Source: Mytilus edulis
Taxonomy: Eukaryota
DNA length: 64,000 nucleotides
Direction: 5' to 3'
Assembly (NCBI RefSeq): GCF_963676685.1
Contig: NC_092354.1
Span: 17,980,001-18,044,000, forward strand
Part shown: piece by piece, positions 49,289 through 60,811 of the stretch
Layout of the letters: every line of letters begins with the position of its first letter
How positions within the stretch are numbered: position 1 is the first letter of the stretch
Translations under genes and position numbers: made by a program
The notes under the pieces: model-generated
The model's input: only the letters and a program-made list of their open reading frames with translations
The model's database searches: none
What the model was told of the DNA's origin: nothing

Positions 49289-52200
49289 TCAGTCTACCAA
49301 TAAAACCATCTCACTAATCGGTCTAGTATATGTAACAGCTTTTCCTTCCTTGTAAATGCGGAGGCGAGCCTTGCGTACTTTTCCATCATCGCTTTTGAAA
49401 ACTTCCTCCACAATGCCTAGTGGCCACTTTCCTCGGTAAATAGATTTGTCTCTCATAAGAATTACATCACCAACTTTGATATCGTCTTTGTCAACGTGCC
49501 ATTTACGTCTCTGTTGCAAACATTGTAAATAATCTGACCTCCAATGCTTCCAGAATATATCTGATAGAACTTGCACATGTTTCCATTGTGCACGATACAT
49601 ATCCTTGAGATTGTATGTGTCCGTTATCACAGGTAAGTATTCTTGTTTTCCAGTTAAGAGCATTGATGGACTTAAAATCAAAGGCATTTCCGGATCTGAT
49701 GATATCTGTGCAATGGGTCTTGCGTTAATAATAGCGGTCACTTCAGCTAAGAATGTTGTTAAACTTTCATGAGTCAAACTTTTACTACTAGAAGTTAAGA
49801 TAACAGCGTCTAATATTCTTCGTGTGACACCTATCATCCTTTCCCACACTCCTCCCATGTGGGAAGAGTGGGGAGGGTTAAATTTCCATACTGAACCAGA
49901 TTCACATAGAAAGTTTTTAACTGTCAAATCTTCAACATTTATAGCTTCAATATTTGAATCATCTGTGGCACCTATGAAATTTGTCCCACGGTCAGATCGA
50001 TACACTTTGGCTTGTCCGCGTAATGACTGGAACCTACGAAGTGAATTTATAAAACAGGAACTGCTTAATGATTCTATCACTTCTATATGAACTGCTCTCG
50101 TAGTCATACATGTAAATAAAATAGCCCACCTTTTACTATTTGCTGAACCTCCATGTGTCTTACGAGTTAATACTTGCCAAGGTCCGAAGGTATCCAAACC
50201 TACAAATGTGAACGGAGGCCCTGGTGTTAGTCTATCAGAAGGCAAGTCCGCCATTTTTTGTTCCTGGAACTTTCCTCGAAGTTTCCTGCATATTACACAC
50301 TTTTGTATAAATGAAGAAATTAATCGTTTAGCTCCAATTAGCCAGTATCCTGCACTCCTTAACGCACCTTCAGTTAAATGTCTACCCTGATGTTTCACTG
50401 AATTGTGATAGCGGTCTATAAGAAGCTTACTAATGTAACTATTTTTCGGAATGATAATTGGGTTAATTTCTCCTGTCGGAAGCCAAGACTTTGCCTTTTC
50501 CAAACGTCCTCCTACACGAATCAAACCTTGTGAATCCAAAAATGGCGAAAGAGAGATTAAAGATGATTGTTTTGAAATGTTTGTGCCTCTAGCCAAACAT
50601 TCTATCTCTTGCGAATATACTTCCTTCTGACATTCCTTCAAGATAAATAATTCCGCTTTTTGGTAACTATCAACTGACATGACATTTTGACAAAAATGCC
50701 AACCTTGGCACGACTTATCCTTTAAACTGAATGACTGAGCCACATGTTGCAAAAATGATATAGCTTTCACAAGCCGTCTCCAACTAGAGAATTTTTTAAA
50801 ACGCCCCACTATTGGCGCAAGCGCATCTATTGACGTTTTCGATGCACTTATCTCTTTTCTAATCTCTTTATCATTATCTGGACTAACTAACGGATATAAT
50901 ATTTTGACATCACATTGAGCTTCTTCGTCAGAGTTCTTCATCCACTTCGGCCCAAGAAGCCATGGATTGTTTTCCTTATCAACAGATATTGAGTAACGTG
51001 TACCGCAATCTGATGGGTTTAAATGTGTTGGGACAAACTGCCACTGATTTGACGACGATACACTCAGAATGCGTTCAATTCTGTTTGACACGTAGGTGTG
51101 AAAACGTCGGGTCTGATTAGTGATATATCCTAACACAATTTTGCTATCAGAATAATACTTGATAGAGTCCAACGGAACATCTAAATTTTCAGATATTATT
51201 TTTCCAATTTCGGTTGCCAAGACAGCCCCACATAACTCTAATCTTGGTATTGTGTTTCCGCTAAGAGGTGCTAGTTTCGATTTTCCCATAATAAATCCTA
51301 CGGTACTGGTCCCATACGTGTCGATAGCTCTTAAATATGCCGAAGCCGCAACTGCCTTCTCTGAAACGTCTGAAAATACATGTACTTCTAAGTTGTCCAT
51401 AACACTGATTGACATAGGTATATACATACGCGGTATACTAAGTTCTCGAAGTGACAAAACAGGGATCCTCCATTCATTCCATTTCTCTTGAAAACTTTGT
51501 GATAAACATTCATCCCAATCAGTACCCGGTGGGGATGCATCTCAAAACAAAATCTTTCCGCTAATTGTGAGTGGTGACAAGAATCCAATCGGATCAAAAA
51601 TACTATTCAATGACGAAAGAATACCTCTACGGGTGCAGGGTTTATCATCTTGTAATGGGGTAAATATAAAGCTATCGGTGTTTAAGTCCCAAGCGAGGCC
51701 AAGGCTGTGTTGTACCGGAAAATAGTCTTCACACAAGTTTAAATTCTTGAGATCCTTTCCAATATCATCGGTAGGGAAAGCCTTCATTACGTCGCTACTA
51801 TTTGATGTAATCTTGTGTAACCTAATGTTACCTTCTGTTTTTAGCGCCATCTGTGTTCTTGTTATAAGATCAATTACTTGTTCACTTTCAGGCAAGGAAA
51901 TGAGCCCATCGTCTACGTAAAAATCCCTGTTAACGAAAGTCTTAACATCTGAGCCGAACGTTTCATTAGAGTTTTCAACTGTCTTACGTAATCCGTACGT
52001 TGCCACTGCAGGAGAAGCGCTATTGCCAAAAACATTGACACACATCCGATGTTCTATAAGCGGATTATCTGGGTTATTGTCCTTGTACCAAAAGAACCTC
52101 AAAAAGTTTCTATCTTCTTCTCTCACGTAGAATTGATAAAACATTTGTTCTATATCAGCAGTGGCCGCAAACTGGTCACTGCGAAAACGCAACAAAATAC

Positions 52201-55200
52201 CAAGTAGGTTGTTAGTGAGATCTGGTCCTGACATCATAACGCTATTGAGAGATACTCCTTCGAAAGATGCTGAGGAATCAAATATGCCTCTTATCTGGTT
52301 AGGCTTGTTCTGATGGTAAACGCCAAAAAGGGGGAGATACCAACACTCCTCATCTGTGATTATGGGAGCTACCTCTGCTGCTCCGCTAACTAATACTTTT
52401 TGCATAAATTCTACAAAATGAGTCTTTTTTGTAAAATTTTGTTGGAAAGATTTATCGAGTATTTGAGCCCTTTTCCATGCTTGACTCCTATTGTTCGGCA
52501 ATCGTTGTCTATTTGGTCTAAAAGGGAGGGGTGCAGTCCAGTGCCCATTTGAATCTTTCTTAAATTCAGAATCCATGAGATTAAGGAACAAGCGGTCTTG
52601 GACTGATGTGCCAATCTTGTCGTCGTCTTTGGTTTTAATAAACAATGGGTCATTGTTACATCTTTGTGAATGAACATTATCTCTGATATGAGCCAATTCA
52701 GTGTTTTCCTTTACATACAAAGTGTTAATACAAGGTTCAAATATAGTTCCTCTACCATTGTTCATTACATTAGTCTTATTTACATTGACAAAATTTGGTT
52801 TGTTTACTTTGCCTAAGCAAACATCGCCTATAATTACCCAACCGAAAAAGAGCTCCTGGGCAAATGGCGTGCCCTTCGGTCCTGTCAACTGTCTAAACAC
52901 GTGGTGCGCTTCTGGGACATCTCTTCCAATCAAAAGTTGAATGTCTATATTTGGATTCAAATCTAACATTTGATGAGCTATCTCCCGTAAATGGGGATAG
53001 GATTTAGCAATATCCGGAGTCGGAATTTCTGATTTTTCGTCTGGGATTGCACTGCACTCTATTACTGAATGTATTTCAAGTTCTCCATTACCAGACAATG
53101 ACTCAACTATCAGACTTTCTGCACATCTACCATTCATGATAGTGCGTCCAGCACAAGACGACATAGTATACTGAATGGCCGATGTATTTATACCTAATTG
53201 ATCAAACAGCTCAGTCTTCGCAAGAGTTCTGTTACTTTGGTCGTCCAGTATAGCGTACACATTAACGGCTTTATCTGGGAAGTTCTTCGGGTACACACGG
53301 ACCTGAACGGTTTTTCCACATGATTTACCACTAAATCCACATAAAAACGTGCACTTGGATGACACTATTTGATCATTAGCATTTTGCGTTGTATCAGATG
53401 ATTTCTCTCCGCCGTCAGGACAACTAGATTTTGCAGTTACATGCATAGCGGTTATATGATAATTACTTCCACAATGATCGCATTTTACAGTTACAGTGCA
53501 ATTTCGTGACATATGAGTTGTCGAATGGCAGCATTTGAAACAAATATTATTGTCCTTCAGATACTTTCTGCGTTCTTCATAAGTCATCGCTTTAAAGGCT
53601 CGACAAGTATTCAAATGATGATTGGCTTTATGAATAGGACAACGTACTGTCTCTTTCTCTTCCTTCTGTTTAATATTAACATCCGTTTTTCGGTTAAACA
53701 CTGACGTTGCACCATGGTTAACTTTTCGTGTTTCATTTTTCCTAGAATACGACGTTTCAGTATTACTATAAATAAACGCGGGATCATTTTTGACAGCACT
53801 AACCTCTCTGATAAATTGCACCAAGTACGAAAAAGGTGGAAATGGTACGTTGTTCCTCAGTTTGTATTGCGATGCACGTGTTGTCCACTTCTTTTGTATA
53901 TTATATGGTAACTTGTCCACAATTGGTAAAACACCAGAAGAAGAGTCGAAATATGACAATAAATTTGAAAATGTCTCATTCTCTTTCGAAGATTCTATTT
54001 GTGTGAGAATATCTAATAGCTCATAAAGTCGACTATGATCCTTGTTTGTTAACTTTGGAAACTTCTGTAGTTTTGTTTTAATTGCAGCTTCTACCATCTC
54101 AGGTCTACCATAGCGTTCGTCAAGACGCTCCCATATACATGTATACGACGAAGACCAGCATTTGGATTGTTCACATTTGACGCACGAATATTTTGCGAAA
54201 ACTTTGAAGATTCACGGCCGAGCCATTTAACTAATAAGTCCATTTCTTCGGAAGCCGTAACTGAGAGTTCTTCAGTAATACTTTTAAAGGTAGCTTTCCA
54301 TGAAGCATAAGTTTCGGGACAGTCATCGAAATTCTGAAATCTAGAAAGTAATAAATCTTTCTTCAACAAAAACTTTGTCAAGTCAGACACTACAGACTGA
54401 TCATGATTTGGTGGCAGTGGTGGTTGAGTTAATTCAAAATCAGCTGCATAAGGATTTAATGTTTGTTTTTGCCGAATTTCTGGTTTAATATCTTCAACTA
54501 TCCATCGATCCAAATCGTCGACTTGAAATTTTGGCAAATTCCTTGGCGTAGGAATTATGTTTAACTGGTTCCGAGGTGCCGGAGTATGTGAACTAAATTT
54601 GTCTTGATTGTTCGGAATATCTTGCGGAACATTATTATTCTTGTCTTGAGATTTGAGTTGTTCCACTTCATTAAATTGTTCATTTACATACTTTTCTGTT
54701 AGTGTCATTTTCACTTTTTGTAAAGACTCTTTGTCTTCTTGTAACAACAAGGATCTTCTATCGCTCTCGGCTTCTTCTAAAACTTTGACCTCGACCTCTG
54801 CGACAGCGGCTTCTGTCTGTTGTTTAAGCAGTGCTAAATCTGCATCAACTTCAGCTTTTTCATGGTCCTTTAAAGCTTTAGACTGTGTTTCTAATTCACT
54901 TAATCTTGCTTTTTGCTTAATTAATTTTGTTTGTTGTTCCGCATATTGTAACTTTGTTCGTTGAACTTCAGCATTTACACGCTTCCTAGCCATAGCTGAA
55001 CTCGAAATTGAGCCGCTTTTACCACTATTGTTTGAACGGACAGACTGTACAGGAACTACTGACATAGTTTCAGCTGCGGTTAATTTCAATGTCTTAATTT
55101 GTTGTAATGTATTGTCAATGATTTCAGTGCACTTTTTAAACTCAGTCTTAAAGGTGGGTAATGCTTCATTACTGTCTTCATTATTCTTGCGTGTCAAAAA

Positions 55201-55455
55201 CTCAATATATTGATTTGAGTTTTCACAGTATTTTTCACGAGACTTCAAAATGTTTTTCTCTAGTTTGCGTAGCGGTTTCAGCTCCTTCGAGCACTCTGAG
55301 AATTCTTCGAGTAAATTTTCTATAGTTTCCCACGAACCGTCAATTTGCTTAAGGTATTTTATCTTATGTGAATGATAAAGTTCTTTACCTTTCTCTGTCA
55401 TTTTATGTTCATGTGTTACTGTTGTTTCAGGCGGAAGTGGTTGTGATTGAGCCAT
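49289..55455 (-). pseudogene. BEL/Pao gag-pol polyprotein with one frameshift and one in-frame stop
   Basis: Three zinc knuckles (CPIH..HHLNTC, CFKC..HMSRNC, CDHC..HITAMH), protease ILDDQS, RT FYVDD, RNase H HVFSD and TIPRLEL, integrase H-H-C-C and LDTFG/SDRGTNF/WERMI. Frameshift at about 54134-54145; TGA at 51542-51544 lies between two same-frame ORFs. Confidence 0.93.
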
Positions 55456-55525
55456 TTCATAAAATTGTTTGTAGGAACTACTGCATGTTATTCTGTATCG
55501 AACTGTGTCTTTGCAATCTTTTTAC

Positions 55526-56125
55526 TATTCTGCCTCAGTGCATACTAGTATAACCATAAGCCACAGTAATGTATATCATTTATTTCGAAAACCATGAAAT
55601 AACAAGTTCTACATATGTGTGCTGTGATGTTGGTAAAAAGCTACAAAAAACAAAAACAAAACCTTAGCTAACTCATCATACTCATGACTACAAAAATCAT
55701 AAAACTAACAGTTCAAATCTATGTATCAAAATGAATTTTCAATCAAATCATTCAAAAATTATAGCACCAAATGGCTTTCCATACTTTTGTAAAAACAGTG
55801 ACAAAATTAACAATCATCATATTTCACTTTTGGCTGATATACACATATACAAAATTTATCTTGATGTGGAAACATATTAACTTTCATCATACAATCATTA
55901 AAAACTATGAATTATAAACTCAATTGTGAGTTGGTGTAGTTTACGATACTTTTAAATGCCTGTGACCACGTTCATGCTTTCAATTTAGGAAACAAAAAAG
56001 TAAGGGGGACAGTAACGAAGTTCAAAGTACAAAAATCTAGCAATAAAAAATAGTCCGGGAAAACTTATGAAAAATCGATAGAATTTCTGTTAAACAATAA
56101 AAAAATCAACACTGGTAACAGTACA
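55526..56125 (-). repeat. 5' LTR
   Basis: Minus strand TGTACTG...GGCAGAATA. Confidence 0.97.
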
Positions 56126-58263
56126 AACGACAACCACTGAACTACGAGCTCTTGACTTAAAACAGGTACATAAAGAATTTGGCAAGGGTAAAAATGTTTG
56201 TGTGCGCTCATTTCTCCCCAAAACTATCACAGCACAAGACCAAACTATAAAAATCAGATGAATAATCGGATCATCATACTATCATTGACGATATAAGACC
56301 AGGTGCGGATCCCGCCTTTCTACAAAGGGGGATCCAAACCACGGAACACCATAAAAATCGAGAAAAAAAATTAGGCTTCAACCACCAAAAACTCCCGCTC
56401 CCCGCATACCAGATCCGCTAATGCAGGCTGCAGTCATTCAAATAAAACGTTCAAAAATCATTAACACTTTTGAGTGTGTAATTTAGGTTAAAACAAAAAT
56501 CGATAACAATACCAAAAATCGTAACAGAAAAAGGAGAGAAAAATCATACCATACATATATTGTATTGGATTGCAGTAGTTTTAATAAATATTTAGATGAC
56601 AAAAGTAGGCCTATCATGGAAAACATAAACTGATCATGAATGTGGCAGAAGAAGTTTAGCATTATCTACTTAAGAGTTATAATTAGTCATATGCCACTAG
56701 AAACTATTACAGCAAAATGCATTGACTAGCTTGCTTGCTAGCTGGACCGTGAAGTCATAAGAAGGTTAAGTAGGTTACCCTCCTTTCGGAGTAGTCTAGT
56801 TGCCCAAACGATGAAAAGAAAAGCTCCGAGTGATTGTACAGGAAGGCTCCGAGTGATATTACAGTCAACTTGCGAGCGATTGTACAGTCAATAAAAATAT
56901 CCGACATGGAGAAAATGAATATATTTGGATTTCTACTGGGACAATGGCTTTGAAACTTTCAGACAGGTAAGACTTTATATCAGAAAAGGTACATGTGAAA
57001 ATCCAGGTAGCAAACATTTTTCAATGTTTATTTGACATTTTTGATCGCTGTTGTGTGACCACTTTGATTGTTTTACACGGAGCTCCACTATTCTAAGGAA
57101 AACGTTTCGATGCATATATCTTTCTTATTATTTTATCATTGGTTCATATTTACATAAAGAATGTTTTAGCTATCAAAACTTGAAGCAGAAACGTTATATA
57201 GGAACATAGGAGTTCGTCAAAGTTTCCATCAAGCAACTTGTTATTTTTCGAATGTCGGAGCACCGCTTGACAGTCTCCCGAATGACCAAATTATGAGAAA
57301 ACCGTATAGTTCCGTTCCCACACTGTGATATTGCAATAGTATAAAGATTGACTGTATTCATCAAAGCATGTATTAAGCTGTACACTGATATTTTTTTCAT
57401 AATTTTAAAACCAGATACTGAAGGAGATTTGACCCGTTTCGTAGTGGACATTTACAAAAATACGGTATCACTCTGGTGCATTTAATGTGCTCAATTTTTC
57501 TTACCAACAATTTAATTGCCGTTATAAAATCATCACTTCTTTTGTAAGACCCTAATGATTATATCTCTTGCAAACAAAAATTACACTGATTTTATAAAAC
57601 TGTTTATTAGCAAATTTTAATGACTTCGTTTCGTAGTGGACATTTTGTTAGAGACACACCTTCTGAAATTAAAAATCCCATGTTAACCGCTGTTTATTAG
57701 AATATGTTGGCTCTAAACATACTTTTGAATTATTAAAGAACTTATATTTGGTAAAAATAATATTTATTTCTACACTTTTTTACGATATTTTTTAGTATGA
57801 ATGTTGAACAGGCGGGGTAGGGACATGCTATTTTGGTTGTTTTGGACCATTCAGGAACCAATATCTTATTAATCCCTCTAAAAAAATAAACTGTTTCTTT
57901 GCTTTAAAATGTTAAATCTAATTCAATGTACTGACTGCACAAAAAAATACTTGCAAAGATCAAACGCATGTTTTTTAAAGTGGCTAGGACAAGAAAGTAC
58001 GTTTTTATTGAAAAAAGCCCTTATAATAAGGTTTGAATAATCGAAAATTGCTTTTAATAAGGCAGCAACCAATTTATTTTTGTATTTCAGAAAAATCTGA
58101 TCAATGCTTGGGGTCAAAATTTGCAAAAATTGAAAACCATTGTCTCATTTTATTTCTACCATAGGGTTCATTCATTTAGTATGTGCCTTATGTGTCTGTT
58201 TTCAAAGAAATAATATGCAAAAACCCAACGGAGGCCCCATTCCAATAACTCTCCTGTGATGAA

Positions 58264-58366
58264 GGGGAATAACCTTTTTGCACAACGCTTAGCGTGACGT
58301 CACTTTGGATACAAATAGAAAGGGTTTGCACACTAACACTGAAAATCACACATTGATATCGTCAAA
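58264..58366 (+). promoter_or_regulatory. Putative lectin promoter and non-coding exon 1: kB-like, C/EBP-like and CRE sites
   Basis: GGGGAATAACC 58264-58274, TTGCACAA 58278-58285, TGACGTCA 58295-58302, TACAAATA at about 58310, donor AAA|GTAAGT at 58366/58367. Confidence 0.45.
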
Positions 58367-58556
58367 GTAAGTTTTGTAAGACTATTCGCTATATTCATTC
58401 TAATACATAATGCAATAAAGCATAGGAGATTATTTTTCTATTCTTTATCAAAACAAAATTCATGGATATTATATCACATTTATTCAGTCACAAGTTTGTC
58501 TTGGTTTCTCTCTCTCTCCACAGTCTCTAGAAATGTTTGCGGATCATTTTCATCTA

Positions 58557-58746
58557 TCGTAAACCAACTTATTTTCGCGGATACTTTATTTCGCGTTTAG
58601 CCTTTTCTATTCCACTTTGAATTTTACTTTACGATACTCTTAATCATTTTATGAAGTTCAATTAAAGGAAAGATCCAAGTTTTACAAATTGGCGACGACT
58701 TATAAACGCGTTATTTTTCTACTCGCGAAAATTAGTTGGTTTACAG
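58557..58746. mobile_element. MITE with TA TSD
   Basis: gtaaaccaact.attttcgcg and cgcgaaaat.agttggtttac inverted ends flanked by TA. Confidence 0.8.
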
Positions 58747-59782
58747 TATTCCAAATGTTGTTACGTATGCTTATTTTCGCCCTTTGTACACAATTGTTAC
58801 TGAACTTTCCTGCATTTTTTGTCGCATAATCAAATTTCCCATTCGTATTTACTTTTAGCCAGGTTATTTAATTTATGTTCAGCTCTATAATCAACTGCTG
58901 ACCACTGTTTGCGTATCTTATCTGCACCCCTACCTCATATTTGTGTCTTTAAATTTCGTTAGGTAACATTTTCGCACCATAGGACTGGTTTAGTGGGTCA
59001 GTCGAGGTTTAAATAATTTACTGTCACTATCCTATATAAAACACCACAGTGGTGGATCCAGAACTTTTCATAAGGGAGGGCCCGGCCCGCTGACTTACCT
59101 AAAGGGGGAGCATCTCCCGGCATGCTTCAGTGATTCTCTATATAAGCAACCAAATTTTCCTAACCCTCAAGCCCCCCCCCCCCCCTCCCCCCAAAAAAAA
59201 GTGAATCCGCCTTTGTACCAGTAAAAACAGTAAAACTCGTCCGACCCACTGAACAAGCCCCTGTGATTTTCCCTCCAAACTTCATATTCCTCTCAGATCT
59301 CTGGTTCCGCAACTAATGCAGTAATGCCAGTATGTGCATTATTATATTACTATGCCTATGGTTTTGCTCATAGTTGTCAATTTCTGTGTCATTTTGTGTG
59401 AAGTGGAGAGTTGTCTGTTTTTCGTCGACATCGAACTTTATATATTGTATCTATAGCTGCTCATTCGAATTCCTATCACAAAAGGATAGTACACTTTATT
59501 AAAAAATAAAGTCATTATTTTGTATATACATGTACGGGGCCATAAAAAAAAGAATATGCTTGTTTGCCCCAACCCTACATGTACCTACCCAGAAAAAAGG
59601 TGCCTTCTCAAAATCTGCAAAATCCCAAATGCAAAAAAAGTTGTTTTTTAAATTAGATAGGCATGAAGAATAAAAAAACATCTGACACTTCAATTTATTT
59701 TTTGCTGAAGAAAAACAAAAAGAAAACGCCTACCTAACTAACTTTGGGTAGGTTTTGGGCAAACCAAAATATTTTTCAGTGT

Positions 59783-60600
59783 GGCCTGGTGGTCTCATGA
59801 TAGTGTGTTTCAATAAATGCGGGAGGTCGTGGGTTTGAACCATTCCCAAAGACTTTAATGTTTGTATTCACTGTAAAGCACACAACATTTAGAAGTAACA
59901 GCAAATATAAAAAAGAAGATGTGGTATGATTGCCAATGAGACAACTATCCACAAAAGACAAAAATGACACAAACATTAACGACTATAGGTCACCGTACGG
60001 CCTTCAACAATTAGCAAAGCCCATACCGCATAGTCAGCTATAAAAGGCCCCGATAAGACAATGTAAAAAAAATCAAACGAGAAACTAACGGCCTTATAGT
60101 TATTTATGTAAAAAAAAAATGAAAAAAGACTGATCTAATCAGAGAATAATCTAAATCCATGTATTACGACATGTCTTGTGGAATGTTAAGGCAAAACAAA
60201 AAAGTTTGTGTGTAACCCCTACTTAGGCCATGGAAAAATAATTGATGGTTTCCCCTAACCCGACCGGGTCAATTTTTAACCGCCGGGTCATTAGGGGAAA
60301 CCAACAATTAATTTTCCATGGCCCTATCCTAATTTTTATCCCTACCCTAAAGATGTGTTTGGCTATTATTGATTATGCACTGTTGCTCCCATTGTATACG
60401 GCCATAGTTATAGACTCGATGTCAAAGAATAATAATAAAAAAAAAAATCTTACCTGTAGACCTACCCTGTTTTTTCTCAGCATGTGACAGTTAACACACA
60501 TATTTTTTTGTTTAGCCTAACTTGTGCGTGTCGGTTTTCGAAAATACGTTATTGCTCTCGTCCGGAATATGCATATTAATTTGCCGCTGGACTTGGAGCA
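59783..60600 (+). mobile_element. Fragmented tRNA-derived SINE interrupted by family A and by Harbinger-type MITEs (60190-60517, containing 60226-60323)
   Basis: A/B-box-like head (gtggcctggtggtc..gggtttgaacc), body aagcacacaacatttagaagtaa.agcaaa|agactg, tail ctcgtccggaatatgcat..gccgctggac; inner MITE ggccatggaaaa..ttcccctaa mirrored by ttaggggaa..ttttccatggcc. Confidence 0.55.
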
Positions 60601-60811
60601 GCGAGTTAGCATTACCATCTTCATCTTTAGAATTTATGCGGGAGTATAAATGTATTTATGATTAATACACTTTTATTGTATCGACAAAAGAAGACTCACG
60701 ATGCTGACATGTCACATTGTGCGGCACTCTTTAGAATTTATGCCGGGGTATAAGTGTGCTTATCATTAATAATGAATAAACTTCTCTTGTAGCTACAAAA
60801 GAAGACTCACG

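Larger units (their letters stand above)
48224..56125 (-). mobile_element. Full-length BEL/Pao LTR retrotransposon (7.9 kb)
   Basis: Two 600-bp LTRs; TSD AACGA (48219-48223, 56126-56130); PPT GGGGAG next to the 3' LTR; domain order gag-PR-RT-RH-IN. Confidence 0.97.
46119..57327. mobile_element. Non-autonomous TIR transposon with CACAGTG termini and 5-bp TSD (Transib/RAG-like ends)
   Basis: Inverted repeats 46119-46626 and 56820-57327; ends CACAGTGTGGGAACGGAAC and GTTCCGTTCCCACACTGTG; ATATT at 46114-46118 and 57328-57332. No transposase seen. Confidence 0.8.
45280..58270. mobile_element. Degraded host DNA transposon with GTTTCGTAGTGGACA subrepeats, split by the 46119-57327 insertion
   Basis: Motif at about 45628, 45821, 45844, 45864, 45883, 46017 (inverted), 46049, 46065, 57436 and 57628, so on both sides of the insertion. 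Outer boundaries are approximate. Confidence 0.45.

Noticed and set aside
51377-51384. TACATGTA inside BEL RNase H as another footprint
   Set aside because: It encodes the conserved EVHVFSD motif at normal length, so it is native sequence.
51542-51544. Programmed readthrough or frameshift between BEL RT and RNase H
   Set aside because: The flanking ORFs are in the same frame and the stop replaces an expected Arg in GKILxR; a simple nonsense mutation is more likely.
49824-55553. Plus-strand ORFs overlapping the BEL polyprotein
   Set aside because: Antisense shadows of a long coding frame with no recognisable motifs.
58524-58764. Apparent lectin first coding exon (MFADHFHLFQMLL) interrupted by a MITE
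   Set aside because: Exon 60812-60854 gives a much better signal peptide in the correct phase, so this region is more likely intron.
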